Below, piece by piece: positions 10,885 to 19,934 of a stretch of 47,722 bases of DNA (the stretch's first letter is position 1; every line of letters starts with the position of its first letter). The stretch lies in the NCBI GenBank assembly GCA_035249945.1, contig DATFFS010000253.1, forward strand, positions 1 through 47,722, given 5' to 3'. Made by a program: the position numbers and the translations under genes. Under the pieces are notes generated by a model. That model did no database searches. It had not been told where the DNA came from and saw only the letters and a program-made list of their open reading frames with translations. This DNA comes from Gemmatimonadota bacterium. Lineage in GTDB: Bacteria > Gemmatimonadota > Gemmatimonadetes > JACCXV01 > JAHWKZ01.

Positions 10885-12252
10885 ATGCGCGTGGGTGTAT
10901 TCGGCGCCGGCTACGTAGGCCTCGTGACCGGGACGTGTTTCGCGGAGATGGGGAACGACGTCGTGATCCGCGACGTGGACGAGCAGAGGATCGCCGGGCT
11001 GCGCCGCGGCCAGATCCCGATCTACGAGCCCGGTCTGGAGGAGATGCTCCAGCACAACCTGGAGATGGGACGCCTGCGCTTCACGACCGATGGGCGGGAT
11101 GCCGTGAGCTTCGCCGAGGTGATCTTCGTCGCCGTCGGGACGCCGGCGGAAGAGGACGGATCGGCCGACCTGTCCCACGTGCTGGCGGTGGCGAAGGAGA
11201 TCGCACAACACGCCGACGGGCCGCGGATCGTCGTGAACAAGAGCACCGTGCCGGTGGGCACGGGCCGCAAGGTTCGCGACGTGCTCGCCGACTCCTCGCC
11301 GCACGAGTTCCTGGTCGTGTCCAACCCGGAATTCCTCAAGGAGGGATCTGCCCTCGAGGACTTCATGAAGCCCGATCGGGTCGTGGTCGGAACCGACAGC
11401 GAGAGGGCGCGTCAAATCATGCGCCGGCTCTATGCCCCGTTCATTCGCACCGGCAACCCCATCTGTTTCATGGACGTCGAGTCTTCCGAGATGACGAAAT
11501 ACGCCGCCAACGCCATGCTGGCGACGCGGATCACGTTCATGAACGAGATCGCCAACCTGTGCGAGCGCGTCGGGGCCAATGTCGACGAAGTCCGGATCGG
11601 AATCGGTTCGGACAAGCGCATCGGCCCTGCGTTCCTGTTTCCCGGTGCCGGCTTCGGCGGCTCCTGCTTTCCCAAGGACGTGCGCGCGCTGGAGCGGCTC
11701 GCCGACGAAGTAGGGTACGGGTTCCCGATCATGCACGCCGTCCACGCGGTCAACGAGGCCCAGAAGAAGGTGCTGGGAGAGAAGGTCCGCGCGCGCTTCG
11801 GCGACGATTTGACGGGCCACCGGTTCGCGGTCTGGGGGGTGGCCTTCAAGGCGCGGACCGACGACATCCGCGAGGCACCCGCCCTGGTCCTGGTCGAGGA
11901 CCTGCTGGCCGCCGGTGGCGAGGTCGCCGTATTCGATCCCGAAGCCATGGACAACGCCCGGCGCGTCCTCGGCGATCGGGTGACCTATGCCGGGAGTGCC
12001 CACGGGGCCCTCCATGGGGCCGACGCGCTCGTGGTGGTCACGGAGTGGAACGAGTTCCGGTTCCCGGACTTCGAACGCATGCGCAAGGAGCTCAAATCGC
12101 CGGTGGTGTTCGACGGGCGCAACCTGTACGACCCGCGCGCCATGTCGGAGCTCGGCTTCGAGTACTTCTCGATCGGCCGTCCGAGCTGGCGGGCCGGTGC
12201 TGAGCGCTCGAGCCCTTCGGTCGCGGCGGAGCTGGCCGGGGAGCAAGGCTGA
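10885..12252 (+). CDS. ugd: UDP-glucose 6-dehydrogenase
   Basis: [28 protein letters not shown], and [11 protein letters not shown] with the catalytic Cys; typical length of 455 aa. Confidence 0.9.
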   Translation: MRVGVFGAGYVGLVTGTCFAEMGNDVVIRDVDEQRIAGLRRGQIPIYEPGLEEMLQHNLEMGRLRFTTDGRDAVSFAEVIFVAVGTPAEEDGSADLSHVLAVAKEIAQHADGPRIVVNKSTVPVGTGRKVRDVLADSSPHEFLVVSNPEFLKEGSALEDFMKPDRVVVGTDSERARQIMRRLYAPFIRTGNPICFMDVESSEMTKYAANAMLATRITFMNEIANLCERVGANVDEVRIGIGSDKRIGPAFLFPGAGFGGSCFPKDVRALERLADEVGYGFPIMHAVHAVNEAQKKVLGEKVRARFGDDLTGHRFAVWGVAFKARTDDIREAPALVLVEDLLAAGGEVAVFDPEAMDNARRVLGDRVTYAGSAHGALHGADALVVVTEWNEFRFPDFERMRKELKSPVVFDGRNLYDPRAMSELGFEYFSIGRPSWRAGAERSSPSVAAELAGEQG

Positions 12253-13247
12253 TGCGGATCCTGGTCACCGGGGCAGCGGGGTTCCTCGGATCCCATCTCT
12301 GCCGGCGGCTCCTCGCCGAGGGCCACGAGGTCATCGGCATGGACAACTTCGTCACCGGCCGACCCGGCAACCTGTCGCCGCTGTCCGAGAGCCGGAGCTT
12401 TCATTTCGTCCACCACGACGTCACCAACTTCGTCTATGTGGACGGCCCGTTGGACGCGGTAATGCACTTCGCCTCTCCCGCGAGCCCGATAGACTATCTC
12501 GAACTCCCGATCCAGACGCTCAAGGTCGGCTCGCTGGGAACCCACAAGACTCTCGGCCTCGCCAAGGCCAAGGGGGCCAGGTATTTCCTGGCATCGACCT
12601 CCGAGGTCTACGGCGACCCGCTGGTCAATCCCCAGCCGGAGTCCTACTGGGGCAACGTCAATCCGGTCGGTCCACGCGGGGTCTACGACGAGGCGAAGAG
12701 GTTCGCCGAGGCGATAACGATGGCGTATCATCGCTATCACGGCCTCGACGTGCGCATCGTCCGGATCTTCAACACCTACGGCCCTTCCATGCGGCCCCAC
12801 GACGGGCGCGTGGTCTCGAACTTCATCCGGCAGGCGCTCCAGGGTGAGCCGCTGACGGTGTATGGAGACGGTTCTCAGACCCGGTCGTTCTGCTACGTGG
12901 ACGATGAGATCGATGGGATCTATCGATTGCTGACATCGGACTTCGTCGGTCCCATGAACATCGGCAACCCGGGCGAGATGACCGTCATGGAACTCGCGCG
13001 TCTGGTGGTGGAGCTGACCGGCACCTCGAGCGGCATACAGGCCCGGCCCTTGCCCCAGGACGACCCCCGCGTACGGCGGCCGATGATCGATCGCGCGCGC
13101 GACGTGCTGGGCTGGGAGCCCCGCACCTCCCTCGCCGACGGTCTGACGAGGACGATCGAATACTTTCGCGGGCTGGCGGAGAGCGAGCTCGCGGCTCCCG
13201 CGGTGACGCGGTCCGGAGCGTCCGCCGGCGGGACCGGGTCCCGGTGA
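12252..13247 (+). CDS. uxs: UDP-glucuronate decarboxylase (UDP-xylose synthase)
   Basis: The start overlaps the ugd stop (TGATG). Motifs [51 protein letters not shown] and the position directly after ugd support the call. Confidence 0.9.
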   Translation: MRILVTGAAGFLGSHLCRRLLAEGHEVIGMDNFVTGRPGNLSPLSESRSFHFVHHDVTNFVYVDGPLDAVMHFASPASPIDYLELPIQTLKVGSLGTHKTLGLAKAKGARYFLASTSEVYGDPLVNPQPESYWGNVNPVGPRGVYDEAKRFAEAITMAYHRYHGLDVRIVRIFNTYGPSMRPHDGRVVSNFIRQALQGEPLTVYGDGSQTRSFCYVDDEIDGIYRLLTSDFVGPMNIGNPGEMTVMELARLVVELTGTSSGIQARPLPQDDPRVRRPMIDRARDVLGWEPRTSLADGLTRTIEYFRGLAESELAAPAVTRSGASAGGTGSR

Positions 13248-13867
13248 CGCGCCTGGCCCTGGGGATCGCGGGCGGGACCGGGTCCGGCAAGACGACCGTC
13301 GCCTCGAACATCGTCAAGCGCCTGGCGCTCGACTCGATAACCGTCATCACGATGGATTCCTACTACCGGGATCTGGCGGATCTTCCCCCGGCCCGTCGAG
13401 ACGAGACCAACTTCGATCACCCGGACTCGGTCGAGCAGGACCTGTTCGTGCGGCACCTGCGGGAGCTGAAGGCCGGACGGCCGATCGAGCAACCGGTCTA
13501 CGATTTCGCGCGCCACGTGCGGACCGGGGACACGGTGACGATCGAGCCGCGGGACGTCGTCATCGCCGAGGGGATCCTCCTGTTCCACGTGCCGGAGATC
13601 CGCGAGGCGCTGGATATCCGGATCTTCGTGGACACCCCGGCGGATGTCCGGCTGCTGCGCCGCATAACCCGGGACATCCGAGATCGCGGGCGGACGCTGG
13701 AAAGCGTGGCCGAGCAGTACGTGCGCACCGTGCGCCCGATGCACGAGGAGTTCGTCGAGCCGTCCAAGAGGTACGCGGACGTCATCATTCCCGAAGGCGG
13801 ATACAACGATATCGCCATCGACATGGTGGCCAGCCGGATTCGCTTCATGCAGGAGGTCTACGGTTGA
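13244..13867 (+). CDS. udk: Uridine kinase
   Basis: GTGA overlap start. P-loop [12 protein letters not shown], then DSYY, NFDHPDS and [12 protein letters not shown] motifs. Confidence 0.9.
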   Translation: MTRLALGIAGGTGSGKTTVASNIVKRLALDSITVITMDSYYRDLADLPPARRDETNFDHPDSVEQDLFVRHLRELKAGRPIEQPVYDFARHVRTGDTVTIEPRDVVIAEGILLFHVPEIREALDIRIFVDTPADVRLLRRITRDIRDRGRTLESVAEQYVRTVRPMHEEFVEPSKRYADVIIPEGGYNDIAIDMVASRIRFMQEVYG

Positions 13868-14838
13868 AGAGAGCGCTGATCACCGGTATCACCGGTCAGG
13901 ACGGTTCGTACCTCGCCGAGTTCCTGCTGGCCAAGGATTATGAGGTCCACGGCATCGTCCGTCGGGCATCGACCGAGAAGTTCGACCGCATCTCGCACAT
14001 AAAGTCCGAGCTGCACCTTCATCAGGCGGACCTGCTGGATCAGCGATCGCTGGTGCTGGCGATCGAGGCATCCCGGCCCGCCGAGGTGTACAACCTGGCC
14101 GCACAGTCGTTCGTGCCGACCTCGTGGGCCCAGCCGATCCTGACTGGCGAGTTCACCGGGCTCGGCGTCACGCGCGTCCTGGAGTCGATCCGACAGGTGG
14201 ACACCTCCATCCGCTTCTACCAGGCATCGTCCAGCGAGATGTTCGGCAAGGTGCGGACTTCGCCGCAGAACGAGTCCACGCCGTTCCATCCGCGCAGCCC
14301 GTACGGCGTAGCCAAGGTCTACGGACATTTCATCACCGTGAACTACAGGGAATCCTACGACATGTATGCGGTCAGCGGGATCCTCTTCAATCACGAGTCT
14401 CCGCGCCGTGGTCTGGAGTTCGTGACCCGCCACGTATCCGACGGAGCGGCGCGCATCGCGCTCGGCCTAGCGGAAAAGCTGCCGATCGGGAATCTCGACG
14501 CCGAACGAGACTGGGGATTCGCGGGCGACTACGTGGACGCGATGTGGCGCATGCTGCAGCGTCAGGAGCCGCGCGATTACGTGATCGGCACCGGCATCCC
14601 CCACTCGGTCCGCGATGTGTGTCGCGTCGCATTCGAGCACGTAGGCCTCGACTGGGAGCTCTACGTGGAAGTCGACCCGACGCGATTTCGGCCCGCGGAG
14701 GTCGACCATCTGACCGCCGACTACGAGCGCGCGCGGGAGGAGCTCCAGTGGCAGCCCGAGGTAGGGTTCGAGGAGCTCGTCAAGATGATGGTCGACGCAG
14801 ACGTGCGACGGCTGAAGGGCGAGGTGGTGACGGCGTGA
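13864..14838 (+). CDS. gmd: GDP-mannose 4,6-dehydratase
   Basis: The TTG start overlaps the udk stop. ALITGITGQDGSYLAEFLL, YQASSSEMFG, SPYGVAKVY and ILFNHESPRRG are characteristic Gmd blocks. Confidence 0.92.
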   Translation: MKRALITGITGQDGSYLAEFLLAKDYEVHGIVRRASTEKFDRISHIKSELHLHQADLLDQRSLVLAIEASRPAEVYNLAAQSFVPTSWAQPILTGEFTGLGVTRVLESIRQVDTSIRFYQASSSEMFGKVRTSPQNESTPFHPRSPYGVAKVYGHFITVNYRESYDMYAVSGILFNHESPRRGLEFVTRHVSDGAARIALGLAEKLPIGNLDAERDWGFAGDYVDAMWRMLQRQEPRDYVIGTGIPHSVRDVCRVAFEHVGLDWELYVEVDPTRFRPAEVDHLTADYERAREELQWQPEVGFEELVKMMVDADVRRLKGEVVTA

Positions 14839-15719
14839 GTGCTCCCGTGGCCGCTCCTCCGGAGGCCGCCCCGGATACTCTGCAGCGGGCCGAAGAGGTG
14901 CTGGCCGGCGAGGCCGTTCCCGCCGGGCTCGTCGACTTCCACAGCCATCTCGTTCCCGGCGTCGACGATGGCGCGCGCGACCTCGGAGAGGCGATCCGGG
15001 GTGTGGATACCTTGGCTGCGGAGGGCGTCCGTCACGTGCTTACGACACCCCATATCGACGCCAGCACGATCGCCCGGACGGAACTCTTCGAGCGCCAGCA
15101 GCGCGAGGTCGAGGAGGCGTGGTTCCGTGTAGTGGACGCTTGCGTGGACCGCGAGCCCCGCCTGAGCTTCCATCTGGGGCGCGAAATCCTCCTCGACACG
15201 GCCTCTCCGGAGCTCTCCGATCCCCGCGTCCGGCTCAACGGGGGTCCCTACGTGCTGGTCGAGTTCCCGCGGTTGAATCTACCGGTGGGCTCCGAAGATG
15301 CCCTCGGCCATATCGCCGGGCTCGGGTACCGACCGGTCGTGGCTCACGTCGAGCGATACCTCTATCAGGGAGATCCGGTGCCTCTCTGGGACGAGTGGCG
15401 GCACGCCGGCGCCGCGCTCCAGGTGAATGCGGCGTCCTACGTGGGCCGCTACGGCGCCAGCGCCCGTGAGCTCGCCTGGCACGCGCTGGAGCTGGGATGG
15501 GTGGACCTGGCGGCCAGCGACTACCATGCGCGCGGACGGCCGTGGATCACCCAGGCGCGAGAGGAGCTCCGCTCAGCGGGCGGCGACGTCCAGGACGCGG
15601 CGCTGTTCGACGGCAATCCGCGACATCTCCTCCGCGGCGAGCCGCTGGAAGCCGTGGAGCCGCTGGAGCAGCGGCGCAGCCCATGGAGCCGGATGCGGAA
15701 ATACTTCCGCGGACGCTGA
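14835..15719 (+). CDS. PHP-family protein-tyrosine phosphatase, CpsB/YwqE (capsular polysaccharide biosynthesis) type
   Basis: GTGA overlap start. DFHSHLVPGVDDGA, LTTPHI, VAHVERY and SDYH metal-ligand motifs. The part of the 14124 ORF that lies inside gmd is a shadow frame. Confidence 0.8.
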   Translation: MSAPVAAPPEAAPDTLQRAEEVLAGEAVPAGLVDFHSHLVPGVDDGARDLGEAIRGVDTLAAEGVRHVLTTPHIDASTIARTELFERQQREVEEAWFRVVDACVDREPRLSFHLGREILLDTASPELSDPRVRLNGGPYVLVEFPRLNLPVGSEDALGHIAGLGYRPVVAHVERYLYQGDPVPLWDEWRHAGAALQVNAASYVGRYGASARELAWHALELGWVDLAASDYHARGRPWITQAREELRSAGGDVQDAALFDGNPRHLLRGEPLEAVEPLEQRRSPWSRMRKYFRGR

Positions 15720-15745
15720 GGGCTTACGGAGCGTGAAGGCGCGGA

Positions 15746-16363
15746 TCAGCGGTCGCGCGTGATCAGGATCGCCAGGCTGATCGTGCTGCTCACCATGCCG
15801 ACGAGAAGCTTCCAGTTCCGGACCCACGTGCTGGAGGCGGGGACGAGGAGCTGATCGCCGGATCGAAGCGCGAGATTCCGGACCTCCGGCGCCTCGTCCA
15901 TGTCGATCTCGATCTCGCTGTCGCCCCGGATGAGGAAGACCCGATCGTTCCTGGCGGCCTGCGTCGGACCGCCGGCAAGCGCCAGCGCCTCGACGAGCGA
16001 CATGGTCGGATCCAAGGGGTAGATGCCTTCGTTGGCGACTTCGCCGGTGATCAGGATCCGCCGCAGGACGAGGACCTCGATCGAGGGATTCCGAAGGGTC
16101 CTGGAATACTCCTCGACCACGCGGATCTTCAGCTCCGAGGGAGTGAGCTCGGTGACGTGGAGCGGGCCCACCTTCGGGAGGACGGCGGTACCGTCCTCGT
16201 GGACCAGGAACTCGCCGGTCAGGTCCGGCTCGCGCCAGATGTTGAGACGGATCACGTCGCCCGGGACGAGCCTGGCTTCGGGCGGCTCGATCGTTTCCTG
16301 GCCCTGCACGGTGGCAGGAATGGCGATGGCCGCGAAGAGCAGCGCGCTTAGCGTCCGGTGCAT
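15746..16363 (-). CDS. Short polysaccharide export (OPX, Wza-family) protein with a signal peptide and a C-terminal hydrophobic helix
   Basis: The internal ATG (16363) gives the signal peptide MHRTLSALLFAAIAIPATVQG. Poly_export-like LVPGDVIRLNIW...VHEDGTAVLPKVGP, one SLBB-like unit (ITGEVANEGIYPL...LALAGGPT...GDQLLVP), and the C-terminal helix WKLLVGMVSSTISLAILI. Confidence 0.85.
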   Translation of the reverse strand: MHRTLSALLFAAIAIPATVQGQETIEPPEARLVPGDVIRLNIWREPDLTGEFLVHEDGTAVLPKVGPLHVTELTPSELKIRVVEEYSRTLRNPSIEVLVLRRILITGEVANEGIYPLDPTMSLVEALALAGGPTQAARNDRVFLIRGDSEIEIDMDEAPEVRNLALRSGDQLLVPASSTWVRNWKLLVGMVSSTISLAILITRDR

Positions 16364-16494
16364 GTCCGCTTCTTCCGTCTGGGTAGGAGATCGCGGCGGA
16401 ATATATAGATGACCAAGCGGTTGGAAAGGGCGGGTCGCCCCATACCCCCGTCCGCGTGTAGCTTTCCTTTCCGTCTCGCCGCCGCCTCGAACCA

Positions 16495-16542
16495 CCGCGG
16501 ATTCCCAACGCGAGCCTCGCATGGCATTTCAACGACCTGGCA
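16495..16542 (+). repeat. Copy A of a 48-nt conserved leader element (39/48 identical to 43752-43799)
   Basis: ccgcggattcccaacgcgagcctcgcatggcatttcaacgacctggca, ending 10 nt before the ATG at 16553. Aligned by hand to copy B. Confidence 0.6.
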
Positions 16543-16552
16543 GGGACGTCCG

Positions 16553-18250
16553 ATGCTCACAGCGGTGTGTCGCAGGCTGGTGCCATACGTGTGGATCGCC
16601 TCGGCCCTGGCGGCCCCGCGCGCGCTGGCCGGGCAGAGCCTGAGAGCGGTGCCGCTCGACCATTGGGCGTACGACGTCGCGGACCAACTGCTGCTCCGTC
16701 ATCCCCGGCTCGGCGCGGGGCTCTGGCTCGGCAACCGGCCGTGGCGTGAGGCGGACTTCGCGACGCTGATCGCACGAGCCGACACCGCGGGACTCGAGGA
16801 CTCCGACCGGCGCGTGGAGGCGGCGCTAGATCTGCTGGAGGGCGCCTTCCTCCCGCGCGCGCCCGATGGGCCGGATGTCGAGATCCACAACGAGGCTTCA
16901 CTCCGGCTGGCCGCGCAAGCCAGCCGGGACGACGCGGCGTTCGACCCCCCGTTCCTCGGGGTGCGCTTCGAGGAGCCGGACGGGGATCCTCCGATCCCCG
17001 TCCTCCGGGCGGTCCTCCAGCACGACTTCGCGGTCCAGTACCGGGACCGGTTCGCGCTCGGCTGGCGCTATGCGATCGATTCGGACGTGACCGGCGATCC
17101 CACGCGCTTCCGGCAGATCGAGGCGCGGGAGGGCGCCGACTACGGGTTCGCGCTCCTCGACGCGTACGCGGCGTACGGCTACGGTCCGCTGCGCGTCACC
17201 GCCGGGCGGCACGAGCTCTCGCTGGGGCAGGCGGGCCGATCGAGCAGCGTCTTCGTGAGCGACTCGATCCCGGCGATCGACCAGGTGCGGATCGACCTGG
17301 TGACGCCGAGGCTGCGCTTCACGGGGATGATCGGCCGGCTCAGCGCCGACGATCAGAACCGGGCCCTCGACGAGCGGGGAGAGACGATCCCGGGCTCGAC
17401 GCCTCCGCCCCGGAACGAGCGCCGGAGCGTCGAGCGGATCTTCTACCTTCACCGCGTGGACTGGCAGCCGGCCGACTACCTCCAGCTGGCCGTCTCGGAG
17501 GCGGCTCTCGTGACCGGCACGGACCGCGGTCTGGATGCGCGGTACGCGAACCTCCTGATTCCGTTCTTCGTGACCCAGGAGGACGAGGACGAGTCGGACG
17601 GCGTGGACGTCAACGTCATGGTGAACGCCGAGGGTGTGCTGCTGGTCCCCCTGGGGGCCCGCATCTGGGCGAACCTGTTCGTGCAGGAGTTCTTCATCGA
17701 CGCGGACAAGAGGAAGAACATCGGGAACCAGCTGGCGTATAAGGCGGGCGGCGAGGTAGCCGGTGACCGGCTGGGCCTGCCGGCCCTTACGGCAGGCCTG
17801 GAGTACACTCGGGTGGATGTGTTCTCGTACCTGCACCGGGGCCTGAACACCAACCACACCCAGTTCGGGGTCCCCCTGGGGAGCTCGCTGGGACCCGACG
17901 CGGACATGGCGCAGGCCTGGATCAGCTGGCGTCCGCGTCCGGACCTGCGCCTTACCGTCGAGGCGATGGCCCGCCGGGATGGGGAGCGAGGCGTGGAGAC
18001 GCTCGAGAACGCGATCGACGCCGGCAATCCCGACTTCCCCAGCGGGGTCGTGCAACGCGAGCGCCGATTGGGTGTAGCAGCGTGGGGCATGCTGCCCGGC
18101 CACGGCGTGGAGGGATCGCTGCGGGTCAGCGCCCATGACCTGACCGACATCGAGCACGAGCCCGGACGCGAAGGAACGTTCTGGACCGCCGAGGTGGGTC
18201 TACGGGTGCGACACGTATTCGCGAGCGGAGGAGCGCGGTCGGCGCGATGA
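16553..18250 (+). CDS. Outer-membrane beta-barrel protein, capsule assembly Wzi-family-like (putative)
   Basis: The ATG at 16553 gives a signal peptide (...ASALAAPRALAGQ). N-terminal helical segment VPLDHWAYDVADQLLL, then long alternating beta-strand-like sequence with aromatic-rich segments. It is adjacent to the OPX gene. The family call is tentative. Confidence 0.55.
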   Translation: MLTAVCRRLVPYVWIASALAAPRALAGQSLRAVPLDHWAYDVADQLLLRHPRLGAGLWLGNRPWREADFATLIARADTAGLEDSDRRVEAALDLLEGAFLPRAPDGPDVEIHNEASLRLAAQASRDDAAFDPPFLGVRFEEPDGDPPIPVLRAVLQHDFAVQYRDRFALGWRYAIDSDVTGDPTRFRQIEAREGADYGFALLDAYAAYGYGPLRVTAGRHELSLGQAGRSSSVFVSDSIPAIDQVRIDLVTPRLRFTGMIGRLSADDQNRALDERGETIPGSTPPPRNERRSVERIFYLHRVDWQPADYLQLAVSEAALVTGTDRGLDARYANLLIPFFVTQEDEDESDGVDVNVMVNAEGVLLVPLGARIWANLFVQEFFIDADKRKNIGNQLAYKAGGEVAGDRLGLPALTAGLEYTRVDVFSYLHRGLNTNHTQFGVPLGSSLGPDADMAQAWISWRPRPDLRLTVEAMARRDGERGVETLENAIDAGNPDFPSGVVQRERRLGVAAWGMLPGHGVEGSLRVSAHDLTDIEHEPGREGTFWTAEVGLRVRHVFASGGARSAR

Positions 18251-18951
18251 AGGTGGAAGCCGAACGGAATGTGCCCGCGGGAGAGCGGGAGAGGAGCGGC
18301 CTACTTCCGGTCGCGAACCTCGTCGCCTGGCAGAACGCCGCGGTCGTAGAGTGGCATCGGGATCCGGGCCCCACGGAGTCGTGGCTCGAGGAGCCCGGGT
18401 GGTCGCCGGGCGCGATCCCCTCGGACCTGGGCGCCGCCATCGGCCGCGAGCACCTGACGAACGTGCAGCTGTGGCATGCGGAAGACGAGGCGCGGCGGCC
18501 GGACGTGACTGACGCGGTGATCGCGGGCGTGAAGAGGCGCATCGACCGGCTCAACCAGCGCCGGAACGACCTGATCGAGGCGATCGACGACGCCATGACC
18601 TCGGCCCTGGCAGATGCCGGAGTCGAGCCGCGCCCCGGCACCCGGCTCCATTCCGAAACGCCGGGCGCGATCATCGATCGCCTGTCGATCCTGGCACTCA
18701 AGATCTATCACATGCGGGAGGAGGCGGAGCGCCAGGACGCGGCCGCGGATCATCGCGCCGTCTGCGCGGAGCGGCTGGGAGTCCTCGAGCGGCAGCGGGC
18801 CGAACTGGCGGGCTGTCTCCGCGCTCTGGGCGACGAGCTGCTCTCGGGCCTGGCAACGTTCCGGACGTATCGCCAGTTCAAGATGTACAACGATCCCGAG
18901 ACGAACCCCGCCGTTCGCGCCGCCCGGCGCGGCCGGGAGGGCTCTCCGTGA
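18247..18951 (+). CDS. DUF4254-like protein of unknown function
   Basis: ATGA overlap with the upstream gene. The core HLTNVQLWHAEDEAR...IAGVKRRIDRLNQRRNDLIEAID...IDRLSILALKIYHM matches my recollection of the DUF4254 pattern. Confidence 0.6.
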   Translation: MKVEAERNVPAGERERSGLLPVANLVAWQNAAVVEWHRDPGPTESWLEEPGWSPGAIPSDLGAAIGREHLTNVQLWHAEDEARRPDVTDAVIAGVKRRIDRLNQRRNDLIEAIDDAMTSALADAGVEPRPGTRLHSETPGAIIDRLSILALKIYHMREEAERQDAAADHRAVCAERLGVLERQRAELAGCLRALGDELLSGLATFRTYRQFKMYNDPETNPAVRAARRGREGSP

Positions 18952-19934
18952 GCGGGCCGCGGATCGTCCATCGGGCCGTGGTCGCCGGGGTCGTCCTCTG
19001 CGCGGCCGGCCTGACGGCCTGCAATCCCCGGATCGGGGAGTTCGAGGAGCGCGGGGACCGCTACAGCGCACAGGGCGCGTACGCGGACGCTCTCGTCGAG
19101 TACGAGCTGGCGCTCGAGGAGGCGGATGGCGGGGCTTCGGGAGACCTGCACATGAAAGCCGGCGCCCTGGCGCTGCGCTCGAAGGGCTTCCGTGACGCCA
19201 GCCGGCACTTCGAGGACCTCCTGGAGCGGGAGCCGTCCTGGCGGGATCGGGTGGCTGCGCTGTACAACCTGCACGCCCAGCGCTGGCGGGCGGCGGGCGA
19301 CACCTTCGCGGCTGTCCAGGCCGTTCAGTGGCTGGTCGAGAGCGATTCCACCGTGAACCTCGGGCCGCTGTATTTCCTGCTGGGCGACGCGGCCTACGCG
19401 CGCCCCGACTACGACGCGGCGATTCAGGCCTACCTGCTGGGATTGGCCCGTGCCGGCGGGCAGGCCTCCCCGGAGGTCTACGCGCGGCTGGGTGAGGCGT
19501 TCGAGCGGAAGCGGCAGTGCGCGACCGCCCTCGAGTACTACCAGCGGTACCTGGAGGCGGACTCCGCGGCGGCGGCCGGGAATGCGCGCTATCGCTACGG
19601 CACCTGCGCCTTCCGCATGGCGGAGCGGGCGTTCAAGGGTGGCGATTACGAGGCGGCGAGGGAATACATCGACATCGTGATCCGCAACGGCGAGCCGGTG
19701 AGCCAGCTCGACGACGCCGAGCTGATGATGGCGCGGATCCACGAATGGGACGGGAACCGGGAAGCGGCGATGGATACCTACAGGCGCATCGCGTCCCGGA
19801 CGCAGGGAGGCCATTCGCGGGCGGGCCTGGAGGCATACCGCCGCTACAAGCAGCTCGAATTCGGCCTGCCGCTGCGCTCCGAGGAGCGGGCGCGCGCCGC
19901 GGATGAGCGAGCCGCGGACGGGGCCACACCATGA
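18948..19934 (+). CDS. TPR-repeat lipoprotein
   Basis: GTGA overlap start, lipobox LTAC, and repeated A/Y/L-rich TPR-like helices (GAYADALVEYELAL, YDAAIQAYLLGL, ALEYYQRYL). Confidence 0.75.
   Translation: MSGPRIVHRAVVAGVVLCAAGLTACNPRIGEFEERGDRYSAQGAYADALVEYELALEEADGGASGDLHMKAGALALRSKGFRDASRHFEDLLEREPSWRDRVAALYNLHAQRWRAAGDTFAAVQAVQWLVESDSTVNLGPLYFLLGDAAYARPDYDAAIQAYLLGLARAGGQASPEVYARLGEAFERKRQCATALEYYQRYLEADSAAAAGNARYRYGTCAFRMAERAFKGGDYEAAREYIDIVIRNGEPVSQLDDAELMMARIHEWDGNREAAMDTYRRIASRTQGGHSRAGLEAYRRYKQLEFGLPLRSEERARAADERAADGATP

Noticed and set aside
16409-16552. The upstream ATG at 16409 as the start of the Wzi-like gene, giving a 48-aa N-terminal extension.
   Set aside because: The extension would put a basic, non-hydrophobic segment in front of the signal peptide of a predicted outer-membrane protein. 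The ATG at 16553 yields a normal signal peptide with AGGGA upstream. The in-frame openness is still noted in the 48-nt element finding.
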